Source: Monocercomonoides exilis PA203 (Eukaryota > Protista > Preaxostyla). Taken from it: a stretch of 64,000 nt of DNA. Shown piece after piece: positions 1 to 12,800 of this stretch. Location of the stretch: positions 434,001-498,000 of the forward strand of contig LSRY02000049.1 in NCBI GenBank assembly GCA_001643675.2. Reading direction: 5' to 3'. The notes under the pieces are model-generated. The model made no database searches. It saw nothing but the letters and a program-made list of their open reading frames with translations, and had not been told where the DNA came from. Each line of letters begins with the position of its first letter. The stretch's first letter is position 1. Position numbers and translations under genes: made by a program.

Positions 1-1103
1 TAAAAGTTGATTGCACAAATTATTGTATTTCTCTGAATCTTTGCTTTTTCCTTTCTCTTCTTTTCCAGTCGATCTCCCGATGCTCCAATTTGGAAAACCT
101 GCCTTTTGCTCCATTTCGCTCCATTCCCTTTCGATTCCACAGACTCTTTCAAAAAGACGAGCGATAAATGCTTCAGTGCGCTCAAGATATACTCTTTCGA
201 TTCTGCTCTCAGGTTCGAGAACACTTTCTTTCTTCTCATCCAAATCGAGCGAAATATCACCAATAATTTTGCAAATTGATTGCATGAGAATGACTCTGCA
301 ATGAAACACAGTCGAGTTTCCAGGATAATTATCTGTAATATCGTTAACCACATCAACGAGAAGAGGAAGATGTGAAGAAAATACATCCTTTCCAGCGCTT
401 GTTAAAAGTTTAAGAAGACAAATAAAATGCTGTTGTAAATAATAATTATTCGATCCTCTATAATGGTTAAATTGTTTTCGATGAAAATGAATTTCAGAAT
501 CGAAAATGTTATCAATGTTGCATAATCCCTCAGCTTGAGCTTCATTAAGAAGAGTGCATCTTCAAAAATAAAGAATCAAAAATTCATTCAGAAAAATTAA
601 ACCAAACCGATATCCCCAGTACGTTGAACTTTTTGGGTGCATTGTAATTAGTGAAGCAGAAAAAAGGAGTTCTTGAATTAAATCAATTTTTCTTTGCCTA
701 AAAAGCTGGAGTCGCTGACCAAGTGCTGCATGATCACCTTTCGTTATCATAAGTTTTGCTTTTGTTACTACATCAATTTGATTCTCGATCATCTCATTTT
801 TTTGTGAACAGGCCGCTAATTTAGATATTTCATTTCTCAATTCAAAAACTGTGGATTCAAGAATTCCAAGTTTATGCTCAACGAGCATGAAACGAGGTGA
901 AATGTATATTGAATCACTATCTTCATCATCACAGATATCAGCATATTCTTCGAGAGAAGAAATGAACGAAAACTCATCTCTAAAATTTTCAAATTAAAAG
1001 AAGCAATCCTAATCTTTATGAAAATAAATAAAATGACCCACATATAACGATCCCTATTAAATATGACAGCTAATTCATTTAAAGCGTCGAAGCGTTTCTC
1101 CAT
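1..1103 (-). CDS. Multi-exon hypothetical protein, 5' part only (runs off the window edge)
   Basis: ATG at 1103 (MEKRFDALNELAVIF...). A second exon includes ORF 562..888 plus upstream DEFSFISSLEEYADICDDED. After a GTTTGG...TGAAG intron, the frame (RCTLLNEAQAEGLCNID...NYPGNSTVFHCRVILMQSICKII...) stays open to position 1. Confidence 0.7.
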
Positions 1104-1159
1104 AAAATAATTATCTTGATGTCCCAACACAAAAATTACAAATTGTTGACCCACAATGA

Positions 1160-4012
1160 ATGGAAGAAAGAAAAATTCAAACTGATTTTGTGTCGTGGGC
1201 AAAGCAAATAGGATATGTTTTTAAGACATACAAAGAAGAAGAAGCTTTTTCAAAGCAAATTCTTGAGTTAACAAGGAATGGTTTTGGCCCTACATTCCAG
1301 CACCTTATGCTTCATATAAAAACTCCAGAACTTGCTAGACAAACAGTTGAACAACAAAAACTTCGAAAAATTGAAATAAGCAATGCAGATTCTGACAAAA
1401 TTCGAAAAGTTCCGCTTCAAGACCCTTCTTTGCTTTCAAAAGGACTCGAAATTGAAAAACAGTGTGATGAACTTCAACAGGAGGTTGACAATTACAAACA
1501 AGAAATTATAATCAAAGAAAAAAAACAATCTGAAATTTCAGAAGCAATTTCAGAATTGAGGCAGAGACGCGTTTATCTTCTTGCTGCTAACAAAATGATT
1601 GAACGTGTAATCAACACATTGAAAGAAGTTTTTGAGTTTATTAAACAAGGCATAGAATCAGAAAAAAAGAGTTGTCCTCCTGATGATGAAAGAAACCATA
1701 TTGTGAATGAAACAAGTTCTCAACTTTCCTTTGCAATTTTGAGCGATGTTGAAGTATGAACATTGATATTTAAATCATTATTTTCTATTTTTTATTTTCA
1801 AAGAGGCAAAAAAACAAGATAAAAAGTTCGCCAGAAGCGGAAGATTCTGAAGGACCAGCTTCTATCCATGATGGAACGACAACTCTTCCAACAGGTTCTG
1901 TTCTGTCCTCCTTAATTGTGCTGACAGAAGAGGCAACAAAGACTGTTGAACTTCTTACAAAAGAATTGGAAGACAATCCAATCAGCACTAATCTTTCTTC
2001 TTCGCCTGCTTTATCTTCATACATACACACCAACAGCATATCATCTTCATCTCGCACTTCACCTCGCACAACACAATACACTTCAAATAAATCTGCCTCT
2101 TCTTTAGCAACATCTTCATCGAACCCTGCTTCATTTCAATCACTTGGAGGTCAACTATCAATTGACGAACAGCTTCAGCAGTTACAGCAAGAGCACATGT
2201 CACTATTTGTGGCAGCTCAAGCTGTAAGAGAAGAAGTTGATTCTTTGAAGCAGCAATTCCACATTGAGGCTGAACAGCTGATGGAATCAAATAGAACCAT
2301 AAGCGAAGAAACTAAATTATCAACACCACAAAGAAATGCAATGGATGCTTTTCCGTTAAGTTCACAAACCACTTCATCTTTCAAAATGAGTGGGACTATG
2401 GATGAAGATGATGATTCGTTTCTCCTGTCTCAGACTCAAAAAATAGAAGAAAGCATTTCTCGCACACATTCAGAATCAACTTATTCCCAACTAAAAACAA
2501 CAAATTCCACTAATGATTCTTTTCTACAACCTACAAAGCCTTCTTTTTCTCCATCTATCAATATTTCAAACAAGAATGCCACAAATGGCGAATCTCTTCT
2601 CAGTGCAACGTTGTCTGCTGTTTCTGAGTGTGATGCAGCAGTCCAGCGTTTTGCGTCAGCCTCAGTGACATCGCTTATGTCATCCATCGAAACTGGGATG
2701 GATTCGATTCGTCGTTGCGATGACACATGGCGAGCGATCTCTGCTGCGGAGAGAGATGCCACAGGGCAGCAGAAGCTCATCAACAATCTTGTCGGGGCAA
2801 ATGATGCGCTGTTAAGCTCGTTGCCAGGGCTGATGGAAGAAGTGACTGAATTGAGGGAGCAGAACAGAGTTGATGGGGCAAATGGACTGAGGGAAGTGAT
2901 GTCCAAAGGAGGGTTTGTGAAGGAAGGCGATAAGAAAATGCTCTTCCGACAAAGCGAACATTTTGGAGAGCAAACTTTGCAGAATGAGGAAGGAGACGCC
3001 CTAAGCAATGCAATTGGATCGTTTTTTTTCCAGCCAATGGAAGAAAAGCAAGATGTCTCATTTGGAGCAGAACAACCACAAGCAACGCTCTTTTCAAGCT
3101 CCAACAAAGATTTTTCAACTCCATCGTACATGTCGGATTTAGCTATCTCTTCATCCTTGCCTTTTGCATCAAAAAGCGATCCAAGCAATATCTTGCAAGC
3201 GCAACTTTCATCTACACCAACTTTAAATTCAATGACACCACAACAGTCCCTCCACTCACAAATAGACTCACATTCTAATTCAATTATGAAGCATCGAGAT
3301 TGGTCCATTGACCAGCCAGACTTGGACTTGTGCTCCGCGCTTTCGATATCTCCTGTGATTTCTGAAGAAACAATTCCACTGCAACTTGTACAGAGCACAA
3401 AAGAAGGTTCGCTTTGCTTCTCACTTATACGTTTTTTTTCCAACTCAATATTTTTATTAAATATTTATACTATTCTCCATTTATCAACCATTTAAATGCA
3501 TATAGTGAAAGAGTATCAGCAGGCAAACGAAGAAGAACGAACTCTCATTCAGGAACATGTTGAAGGATACAAAGCACAATCACCACTTCAGCCTGATTAC
3601 ATTCAAAGTTTGCCCATTTGCATATTTCGCTCCGACTTTAATATCCTCGCTTTCTATTGATATTTGTAATTTTTTGTTGAATTGATAGAGTTGGTAAATC
3701 GAGTTACAGAACAGGATAGCCATCAAACTGGAAGATGGATAGATGAACTTGACAGAACTCAATTCAAGGCTGTGGCTATATCCCAGTCATATGAAAAGCT
3801 TTTAGATGCTGCGGATGAATGGAGAACGCAGCCAGCTCAAGTTTGTATTTTCATTTTTAACAATCTGAATTAATTGCATTTCATCTTAAAATATTTAGTT
3901 TGTAATTGATAACGTAAAGGTTGATGGGCAAGATATTGGACAATGGACGCAAAAGTGGAAATCAGCGTCATTGGAATATATTAGACTTTTAAACATGATG
4001 AAAAAGAAATGA
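1160..4012 (+). CDS. HAUS5: Augmin/HAUS complex subunit 5-like (HAUS5/AUG5), multi-exon, with Ser-rich insertions
   Basis: The N-terminus WAKQIGY...ILELTRNGFGPTFQHLMLHIK resembles HAUS5 WAxEEMG...LRRLCxG...IWxYILQHV. The spliced C-terminus EWRTQPAQ|FVIDNVKVDGQDIGQWTQKWK matches the HAUS5/AUG5 WWEQPA..VVDWVTVDGQ...W motif. Coiled coils lie between. ORFs 1160..1759, 1918..3495 and 3682..3873 are exon pieces; stop TGA at 4010-4012. Confidence 0.75.
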
Positions 4013-4090
4013 GAAATATTTACTGTATTATTTTGTTAGAATATTTCATTTTTTGCATAAACCATATTCAAAAATTAATCCTTGATCAAA

Positions 4091-5345
4091 ATGTCATCAA
4101 GACCTCAAGAGTCAATTTCAGCACTTCGTTCACGCTTTCACATTGGAGATTTTACAAATGTTATAGAATCTTCAAAGCGTGGAAAATTTGGAGAAGAACT
4201 TCGTGAAGAAGTTAATGTGATGATGTATCGTTCAATGATCAGTCTTGGGCAAGCTCAAGAAGTGCTTTCAATGTTATCAGCCTCTGACAAAAATGCACCA
4301 CAATTAATTTTACTTAAATCTCTTGCTGCATACTTTGTTAAGACGGCAACGGACGAAGATAGAAAAGCAATTGTTGAACAATTTTCAGAATTTGATTCTG
4401 ACCCTCAAATCAAGGAAACTGTTCATTACCCGTTGATAGCTTCCTGCATATTTCTTAATGAGGACATGTATGAAACGGCTTATCGTATTTTAAAAGAAGC
4501 TCCTCATGAAACCCTTGAAGTGTTTGCAGAACAATTTTTTTATAAATTTTGAAATGTTTATTTATGGAACTGATTTTAGAATATCAATGACTATTTCTTG
4601 CTTGCTTTCCATGAACCTTCCTGCAAAAGCAGCAGAAACTTTAACTAAAATGAAATCAATCAACCCTGATGCTGCTTTAACGCTTCTTGCATCAGCAATG
4701 CTTAACCTTGCAATTGTTTGTTTCATTATTTATGCTTCAAAGTTTTTGATAATTAACTGTCGGTTTAGGGAAAACCAGAGGAATCTTTTCAGACATATCA
4801 AGAATTGATTGAAAAAGTTTGCGAACATTTAAATAATCTTTGCATTCATCAATAATTCAATTATTATCCGCAACATTTTGCACCACAATTTAATTTTTTA
4901 TGCGAACATTATATGAAACAGTATGGACAAACAGCATATTTGGTTGCAATGCTTGGAATATCTCAAATGGCAACTGGAGATGCTCGATCAGCTGAAAAGA
5001 ATCTGACTCGATCTCTTGAAATGGTCTGCATGTCAATTTCATAAATATTATCAAAGAACATAATATTTGAAATTCACATCACTTTTTATGATTTATTATA
5101 ATTAATTATTTTTTTAGCAACCGTACAATCCAATTGCTGTTGCTTCTTTAATACCAATTTTGCATCGCTCCAAAAAAAGCAACTCTGCATCACTCGCAGC
5201 ACGACTGAGCCAAAAGATGTTAACCGAATATCCATCTCATCAACTTTCAAAGAAAATCAAGGCAACAACGGAAGCTCTTTCAGAACACTTCGGAAAAGAG
5301 GAAGACGATGAACCAGAAAATACTGAAACTGAAGAAGAAGATTAG
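4091..5345 (+). CDS. COPE: Coatomer subunit epsilon (epsilon-COP), multi-exon
   Basis: MSSRPQESISALRSRFHIGDF...VMMYRSMISLGQ...IASCIFLNEDMYETAYRIL...TLE...LLSMNLPAKA...DAALTLLASAMLNLA...TYQELIEK...YPSHQL follows the epsilon-COP TPR-like pattern. ORFs 4082, 4506 and 5160 are joined by GT-AG introns. Confidence 0.85.
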
Positions 5346-6117
5346 ATAAATAAGCATATTTTTGCACAAAGTTGAGGAAACAAGAAGAAGATCCAAACTT
5401 CAATTAATTATTATTCTTTTGAAAGCATTTTTTTAAACTATGTTTTTTTTAAAGCAGTTCCACACGCTTCTGCGGAAAACATTATCACTTTTAAATTCAT
5501 TTCATTCATTTTCATCTTCCCTCAAACAATCTTCAACACTTCTCAGCCTCGGGCCACGACTCAAACATTTATCACTGTTAATTGTTCTTCTTTCACTTTC
5601 TTTTAACCGTTAAGCAACGAATGACAAATAATTATTTGCAAGAAGTAGTCGCATTTGTGGAAATTCTCAATCATCTTTAAAAATGATTGAACAATGAAAT
5701 AAATAAATGAAAAAACACAATATTGCATATACAATATTTGTATTATGTCTCAGTGCGAGATAGATAAAAATAATTCCAAATAAACTCTCAGCTCCAATTA
5801 AATAATCCAAAAAATTAAGAGTTTTAACACTGATACAGAATCAAGCAACTGAATCAAAGAAATAGAACAATTCATAAATTGAAAGAGGTTGACGTAATAG
5901 AAAGGAAATAAGAAACAGCTGTGATGCACATCGCATGCATTCACTTTTATGACTTTTATAAAAAACTCAAAAAAAAAGGGTTAAAGAAGACTTTCTGAAA
6001 AAGGTAAATGTGACTTATTTCCAAAAAAAAATTAAAAAAAAAAAAATAAATGAGAACTTAGCTCATTTACAAGAAGAAACTAAATGTTTAAAAAAGCCAA
6101 TTTTAATAGTGTTCGCC

Positions 6118-7268
6118 CTATCTAGATGTGAAGCACCATTCTGTTGTATCACGAGGCTGCGAAGATGATCCTCCACGGACATTAAACGTCTTTTTAACAC
6201 CAACTATAATCAACAATACATCAATCAAATTCATCATATCAAACGTGAAAAAAATTGAAAATAATTGAAAAAAATTCAAAAAAAGTTATTAAATTTATAA
6301 ATAATTGTTATATATATAAAAAAATCAAAAATGATTATAAGTCAAAAATTATTTTCTATTATTTCATTGCACACTTGCAGAAGGAGGCTGATACGTGCCT
6401 GGCCCAGGATTAGGTGTTGTACGTACAAAATGTTTTGCTCTGTCTTCATGAGAGAAAGAAGGAGATGGGGCCCTGTAAAAAGTTAAGAAACAATATTCAT
6501 TGAAAAAAATAAACTTTGCTACAAAACAAGCATTCAAGTCATTACGGATTCAAACTTTGAAACTTTTGATGTGACAGAAGGATCAGGAGCATCGTGATAT
6601 TTACCAGAAAATGGAGTTTTCATAATCATACCAGTATCCCTTTCTCCACGGGAGAATGAGGGCGAAGGAGATCGTGGACGAGTCGAAGTTGTTGTGTCCG
6701 AAGGATTATAAACAGGCCCAGGAACAGTTGATGTTTTTGTAAAATACTTTTCGCGATCGTCTTTTGAAAATTTCGTCGTCATAGACCTGTGGAACGTTTG
6801 GTTCATTGCTGTTTCAACATTGTATTTAGGACCAGGGGATCGCGAAAACCTTTCAACAACACACGAATGACTTTAAAAAAAAAATGAGAAAAAATTTAAT
6901 GTTTGCCAGTTTATCAGCAACTAGATGAACAAACTAAATATCATCATCATGAATGTCACCACTTTTGCTGCGGAGAGTTGAGCTTCGCGGTGATCCAGGA
7001 GAAGAGCTGCGGGTATATCCAAATGATCTTTGAGTCTCTCCCATTCGTGGACTTCCAGATCCTCTCATGCGTGGTGAATTCGGTGATCTTCTTGGAGATT
7101 TTCTTGGTGAAGCTGGAGAAGACGGTGCTGCTTTTGCTTCCGATGGTGAAGGCGGGATATCGGTAGTAGCTGCTGTTTGTTCGGCAGTTCTAATGAAAAT
7201 GAAACTTAGTCTCTTTAAAATAAAAAAACATTTGCATGCTGTGAAGATGTTGTTGAAGGATCTTCCAT
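6118..7268 (-). CDS. SHIPPO-1/ODF3-like PGP-repeat axonemal protein, multi-exon
   Basis: Repeated SPGPKYNV, VPGPVYNP, APDP and NPGPGTYQP motifs, each followed by xPSFS/FSKxDR. Pro/Ser/Arg-rich N-terminus. Stop TAG at 6118-6120. Confidence 0.75.
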
Positions 7269-7797
7269 CATTTAAGAATATTAGAAATAAATTTCCAAGA
7301 AAAAATGATACAGAAAATCCGATCGCATAAATAATAAAATTTATCAAAAATTGATTGACGAAGTTTCAAATTATCAAGAATCGAAATAACATTCAATATC
7401 AATTTCGTTCTATATAATGAGATCTCTTCAATTGAATATTTGCGCAAAAATAGTAAATTTTTTGAAAAGAAATCCACAATCAAACTTTATTGATTAAAAA
7501 ATTTTTTTCTTTGAATTCAAAATATCTGATGATTTGCAAAATAATCGAAAAAAATATTCAGATGCCCACGATAAAAGTGCATCTTTTAAAAGCAAATTAT
7601 TTGAATTCGAAAAACTCTCAAACGAAAAAAAAACAAAATAAATCTAATCACAAACTAAAATAATTATTTTAAAAAGCAATAACTTTACATAAAAAGTATA
7701 TTAATAAATAAAATAAAATAAAATAAAATAAATAAATAAAAATATTAAAACTAGAAATGTTTGTAAATCACTCATATTTAGCAAAACAAATCAATTT

Positions 7798-8859
7798 TCA
7801 GCAAATAACGCAAGCCCTAAAAAATTGAAAAGTGAAAACAATACATATAAAAAATGATTATTCGCAATGAATATTTTCCAAAAATTTCAAAAAGATGTTA
7901 AAAGCAAACGCATCAAGTCTGTCTGCTTCCTTCAACTCGCTTGCAGCAGCTTCTGTGTTTTGAGATGCTTTGTAGGATAACTCATCAGCATGGCCTATGT
8001 TTCACACAAAGGTCAATAAAAAATTTTGATTGAATAACATAAAAGCAAAACATACGCAAATCTTCAGTTTGATCATTAAGCATTTTTGCAATATCTTGTG
8101 TCATTTCTTTTATTTGCCTGATTTGAATCTAAATTACTTTAAAGACTTTGTTTGATATTCAAATTTCTTTCACACAAGAATTTCTTGCGCTTCTTTTTCT
8201 CTATGTTCCAATAAAGCACTTTGATATTGAGCTTGAAGAATCGCCATTTTCTGTTCACCATCTTTTCTAAACAACAGAATTTTAAATTTTACTTGTTATT
8301 TCAAAGCTTCAAACAATTCCGATTCTGAATTATCAATTTCGCTTGGACTAAATTTTTCAGTGTATTACAGTATATTCATTATAATAATAGAGCAATATCA
8401 TACATTGATGATTTGGCTTTTTGTTGTCTATTCTTCTTATTGACGATTGAATCAATTTTTCGCTTATATGCCATTTTTGTATCCGCAAGTGATTTCTGCA
8501 TTTGTTCAACTTTTATTTTTTTTCCAACGTCATGTTGAGCTTCTGCTATAAATTGTTGTATCATGAGTTCTAAAAGTGTTGAAATAAACATTTGATAGAT
8601 GAAAAATAAATCCACAACACATTTATTCAAAAAAAGAATTAAAATAAAATTTTATACAAGCCAACTTTTATCAGCGATGAATCAATTTCGTATTTTCGTC
8701 TTTCTAAATTTTCAGTTTTGCTTCGAAAAGCACCAATCTTTGAATCATCACTTCAACAGAATTATTAAAAAAATACGTTGTTAAATTATTTATTGAATCT
8801 TGTATGCTTATAATTGCCTTTCTAAATTCATTCAATTTATCTTCAAAATGCTTCGACAT
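7798..8859 (-). CDS. Syntaxin-like Q-SNARE without a transmembrane helix, predicted to end in CaaX (CVIC)
   Basis: Spliced SNARE motif IRQIKEMTQDIAKMLNDQTEDLRHADELSYKASQNTEAAASELKEADRL with a zero-layer Gln, preceded by helical exons. The last intron 7909..7817 (GTTTGC...TTTAG) gives ...DRLDAACVIC*. Confidence 0.7.
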
Positions 8860-9044
8860 CCAAGAACGAATAGAATATTAGTGATATTTAAAAGTTGATG
8901 GGATACTATTTTGTGAAAAAACAATATCAAGAAAAATAGTTTAATTTTTATAATGAATTGCACAATAATTGCTCTATTAGCATGATAATTAAACATTTGA
9001 TCATAAAGCATAATCTGGAAAATTGGGGCCTTGTCAATAAAGAA

Positions 9045-9436
9045 ATGACTTTTCCTGCATCAGAAAACGACAAAATCCTTTTTCAAATGACTGCACAAAA
9101 ACAAAATCTTCCATTTGAAGAGCTGTGCTCTGCTCTGAAGATGAATGAAGAAGAAATGGAAGAATATATCGCAACTATCATTCTGAAAGGGTATTTGGAT
9201 ATGAGAATCGATCAACCAAATAAAAAAGTTATCGTTAGAACACAACCGTTTGCTTCTTAATTTTCTGTAATTGCTTTCGAATTTTTTATTCCATTGAACA
9301 CTCTTTTTTATTTAGAAAATTTACACTTGACCCTGAACAACCTATAACAAAGGAGCATTGGATTCTAATGAATTCTCAGTTAAAACTTTGGCAAAAGTCT
9401 ATTAACGAAATCCTAGAACACCTCACTGAAAATTGA
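9045..9436 (+). CDS. Small PCI winged-helix protein, eIF3m/CSN7-like C-terminal half (~107 aa, 2 exons)
   Basis: LPFEELCSALKMNEEEMEEYIATIILKGYLDMRIDQPNKKVIV...ITKEHWILMNSQLKLWQKSI matches the eIF3m pattern ISFD.MQ.ELQI..D.VE.FVIDAV......KIDQ..RKVVV...F...QW..L...L..WK. Phase-2 intron GTTTGC...TTTAG. Confidence 0.7.
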
Positions 9437-9866
9437 ATCTTGTGTTTTAATTTTTGATCATTTCACGATTTATTTCATCATTTCTTGCTGTCCATTTTCC
9501 ACTTCTTTATTGTTAGCTTGCTGAACAAAAAACAAAACGAAAATAAAAGTTTATGCAAATTGTTTTACTTGCCTGGCTGTGAAGTATTACATTCAGAACA
9601 AACAATTAGATGAATTTTAAACTCGTTTTAAAAGACTTTGACTTTTTAATAAGAATTCAATTCATTTTTTATCCATTTTATTTTTGTTTCATGCAATAAT
9701 TTGGGCAATATCATTTTTTCGTTGAAAAAAAGAATTCATCCTTTGATCATTAACCATTTATTATCTCTGAATTATTTTTACGTTAATTTTTCTCTTACTG
9801 GGCAATTTCTTTTTACATATTGCGTTTTTGATCTTTTTCTCTGCATTTTGCAAATAAAATATCATT

Positions 9867-12800
9867 ATGGAAACGGATGAAACAAGCTTTTTGCCTCAAA
9901 ATGAGATCATTCATAATTCTTTGGAACAAAACTCCAGATCAGAAAACAAGTGCTTTATGACCTTCTTCAATTCACGTTTGCTTTATTTATCTTTTCCATT
10001 TGTAAAATAATTATGCATAATTGTTTTTATCCACTTTTGTTTTACAGCTATTGATGAACCATCCAAATGCATTTCTGCCTTAAAGAATTGCATTGGCCAA
10101 GTTTCAATTTATGACACAGACTTATGTTTAGTGAAGGAAAAACTGGATGAGATTATGATTTCAGAAAAATTGGGAGAATTTGTGGATGAAAATATAATTG
10201 AAACAATTATTGGCTTCTTTGATGAAGATCATTCAAACTTCACGGTTTAGATCTTTTTCCATTTTCGTATTCATTTGTTCTAAATATTGTTATAAAAAAT
10301 AGACATTCTTTTGGCCATTTATTCGGGATATTGTTCTTAGGGAATCTTCATATGAAATATCTCGCATATTAGAAGGAGGAATTAAATCGTATCCATTTCC
10401 AGATTCGATGAATAAATCGAAAGCATTTCTTCAAAGTCAGGAGGATACAAAGATGCAATTAACAATTCATTCAGAAACTCAGAGAAGCTGCTCAAAATTT
10501 TCGCTGATGTATTTTAGACTTCTCCTGCAATATATTGTTTGATATTAGTTTATGCACCGTTGCACAATCACATTACAATCATTAATTCCATTTCTTCTGA
10601 TTTTTCCCCCCTTCTTTATGTTTATCTATTCAATTGTTTGCTAACAATTTCATATTTAATACAAACATTTTCAACCCCCAGAAAAAAGATCCCTCAAAAA
10701 GTTCGACTGTAATGCTTCTTATCGAGGCGTTGTTGGAGCACAACAGCAAAACGCGCCACTGCGGACGCAAAGCGATCACTGAGTGTGCAGAGCTTCTTCT
10801 CAGCGAGTGCAATTCAGAGTGGCTGACAACAGAAGTCGAGGCGCCAGTGCTGTCTCTATTCAACCGACTGTCGCGAATGAAGATGTCGGAGTCGCTGAAA
10901 GAGAGGGCGAAGAAGCTGCTGGCGAAGATTACGGGTGTGGAGAATGCATTCGCAGCCGAGAGGATTACGATCGTGATGGATTTTGATTTCCCTGATAAGA
11001 AGAGAAGGATGCTTGCGTTGACAGAGGAAGACGAAAGAAACATGGAAAAGGGGGAATGGAAGGGCTTTGACATTGAAAGTGATTCCGACTCTGATGAAGA
11101 GAAGGAAAAAGAGAAAGAGAAAGAGAAAGAGAAAGAGAAAGAGAAAGAGAAAGAGAAAGAGAAAGAGGAAGAAAAAGAAAAAGAAAAAGAAAAAGAAAAA
11201 GAAAAAGACGAAGAAAAAGAGGAAGAAGAAAAGGTTGTGGAAGAAAAAGGAAAAGGAAAAAATGCAAAGAAAGGAGGCAAAGGACGTAAAGGAAAGAAAG
11301 GAAACAAAGCAAATAAAGCGAAATCTTCTCCTTCCAACACAAATAACACAACTAATAAAAATGAAAATCAGAACAATAAAGAGAAAGAGAAAGATAAAAT
11401 TAAAGATCAAAATGAAAAACAAAATGAAAATGAAAATGAAAATGAAAATTCAAAGACCAGATCAGTGAATGCGCAAGAGTTGTATCTTGAGTCTCTATTT
11501 GATGACTCTGACGAAGACACCACAGACGAAGAAGAAACAGCACAACCCGATCAACACACAGACCAAAAAAGTCAAAAAAGTCAAGAAAGGCAAAAAAGGC
11601 ACAAAAAGCAGAAGAAGACGTATCCTTTGTCAACACGTGAGGATTCTCTTGTGATAGCAGCACGTTCACTGACAGTAGCACCTGACAATGTAGACAAGCC
11701 TACATTCACCTTAAGAAACTCTACGCCTTCACGAATAAGCAGACTCCGTGAAAAGATTAAGCCGCAGCCACAGCCTCAGACTCAGACTCAACAGCAGCAG
11801 CAGCAACAACAACAAGCTCAAACACAAACAACACAAACAAATACACAGACACAGACACAGATGCCAACACCGTCACCACTGAAGAATGCGACTAGCAACC
11901 AGATTGATGAGAAGAGAGAGGAAATGGAAGGGAATGAAATTGAAGGGAATGAGGCTATGGCACCAGAAGGAGAAGGAGAAGGAGAAGGAGAGGGAGAGGG
12001 AGACATGGTTGTGGATACAGAGACAGCAAGTGGGAAAGAGACAAAAGAAGGAACAAACGAGCCAATAACAGCTATCAATGAAGCACAGAACTCTTCACAA
12101 TCAACTCGTTCTGAGTCAGCTTCATCATCATCGTCATCCTCCTCTTCCTCTTCCTCCTCCTCATCATCATCGGCCTCTGCTTCTACTTCTTCTTCATCCA
12201 AAGACTCATCTCAGTCAGAACAAGCAAAGCTTGGGACAGCCTCTGTTGAAGTGCCTCCATCACTCGCAGCACTCATGCAGAAGATGAAGCCAGATGCTCA
12301 ACTGGCAAATACTGCTGATAAAAGTGATGAAACATCAACAATTGCGAAAGCATCAGCAGATGCTTCATCATCATCTTCATCATCTGCTTCTTCTTCTTCT
12401 TCTTCTTCCAAGCCCTCCTCCTCTCCCGCCCCCAATCCGCTCATCCTCAACCCACCCCCACCATATCTCTCCACCCCTGTCCCATTCTATCCACCTGGCT
12501 TCGAGACCTACTTCCATTCCTTCTGGGACACACGCAATTTGGATCTGCCTCCCTCACGCGCAGACAGACTGAGCAAGAAACACGGCCACTTCATGTTTGG
12601 CGGGCACCATCACCCTCAGTCGTTTCTGTTTCTGAAGCTGCTGGACTGCGCGCAGGGGGAAATGGAGTACAAGAGGAAGCTGAAGGAGAAGGACAGGCTG
12701 GATATGAAGAGGAGGGAGATTGAAAGGATAGAGAATGCGGTGAGGCTGAAGAAGCTGAACAAGATGAGGAAGAAAGCAGAGAGGAAGAGGAAGAGAATAG

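Noticed and set aside
200-420. NYPGNSTVFHCRVILMQSIC is faintly like a Trm3/TARBP1 segment
   Set aside because: It is a single short motif recalled from memory, the gene is truncated by the window edge, and no SpoU domain is visible.
5450-5680. Slightly GC-richer intergenic patch with a small hairpin and a CTGA (box D-like) motif on the minus strand
   Set aside because: No properly placed box C with a terminal stem, and no rRNA target I can verify.
9566-9700. TACTTGCCTGGC resembles the U1 snRNA 5' end (ATACTTACCTGG)
   Set aside because: No U1-70K loop (ATCACGAA), U1A loop or convincing stems follow. It reads equally well as a minus-strand splice-donor-like sequence. An Infernal search would settle it.
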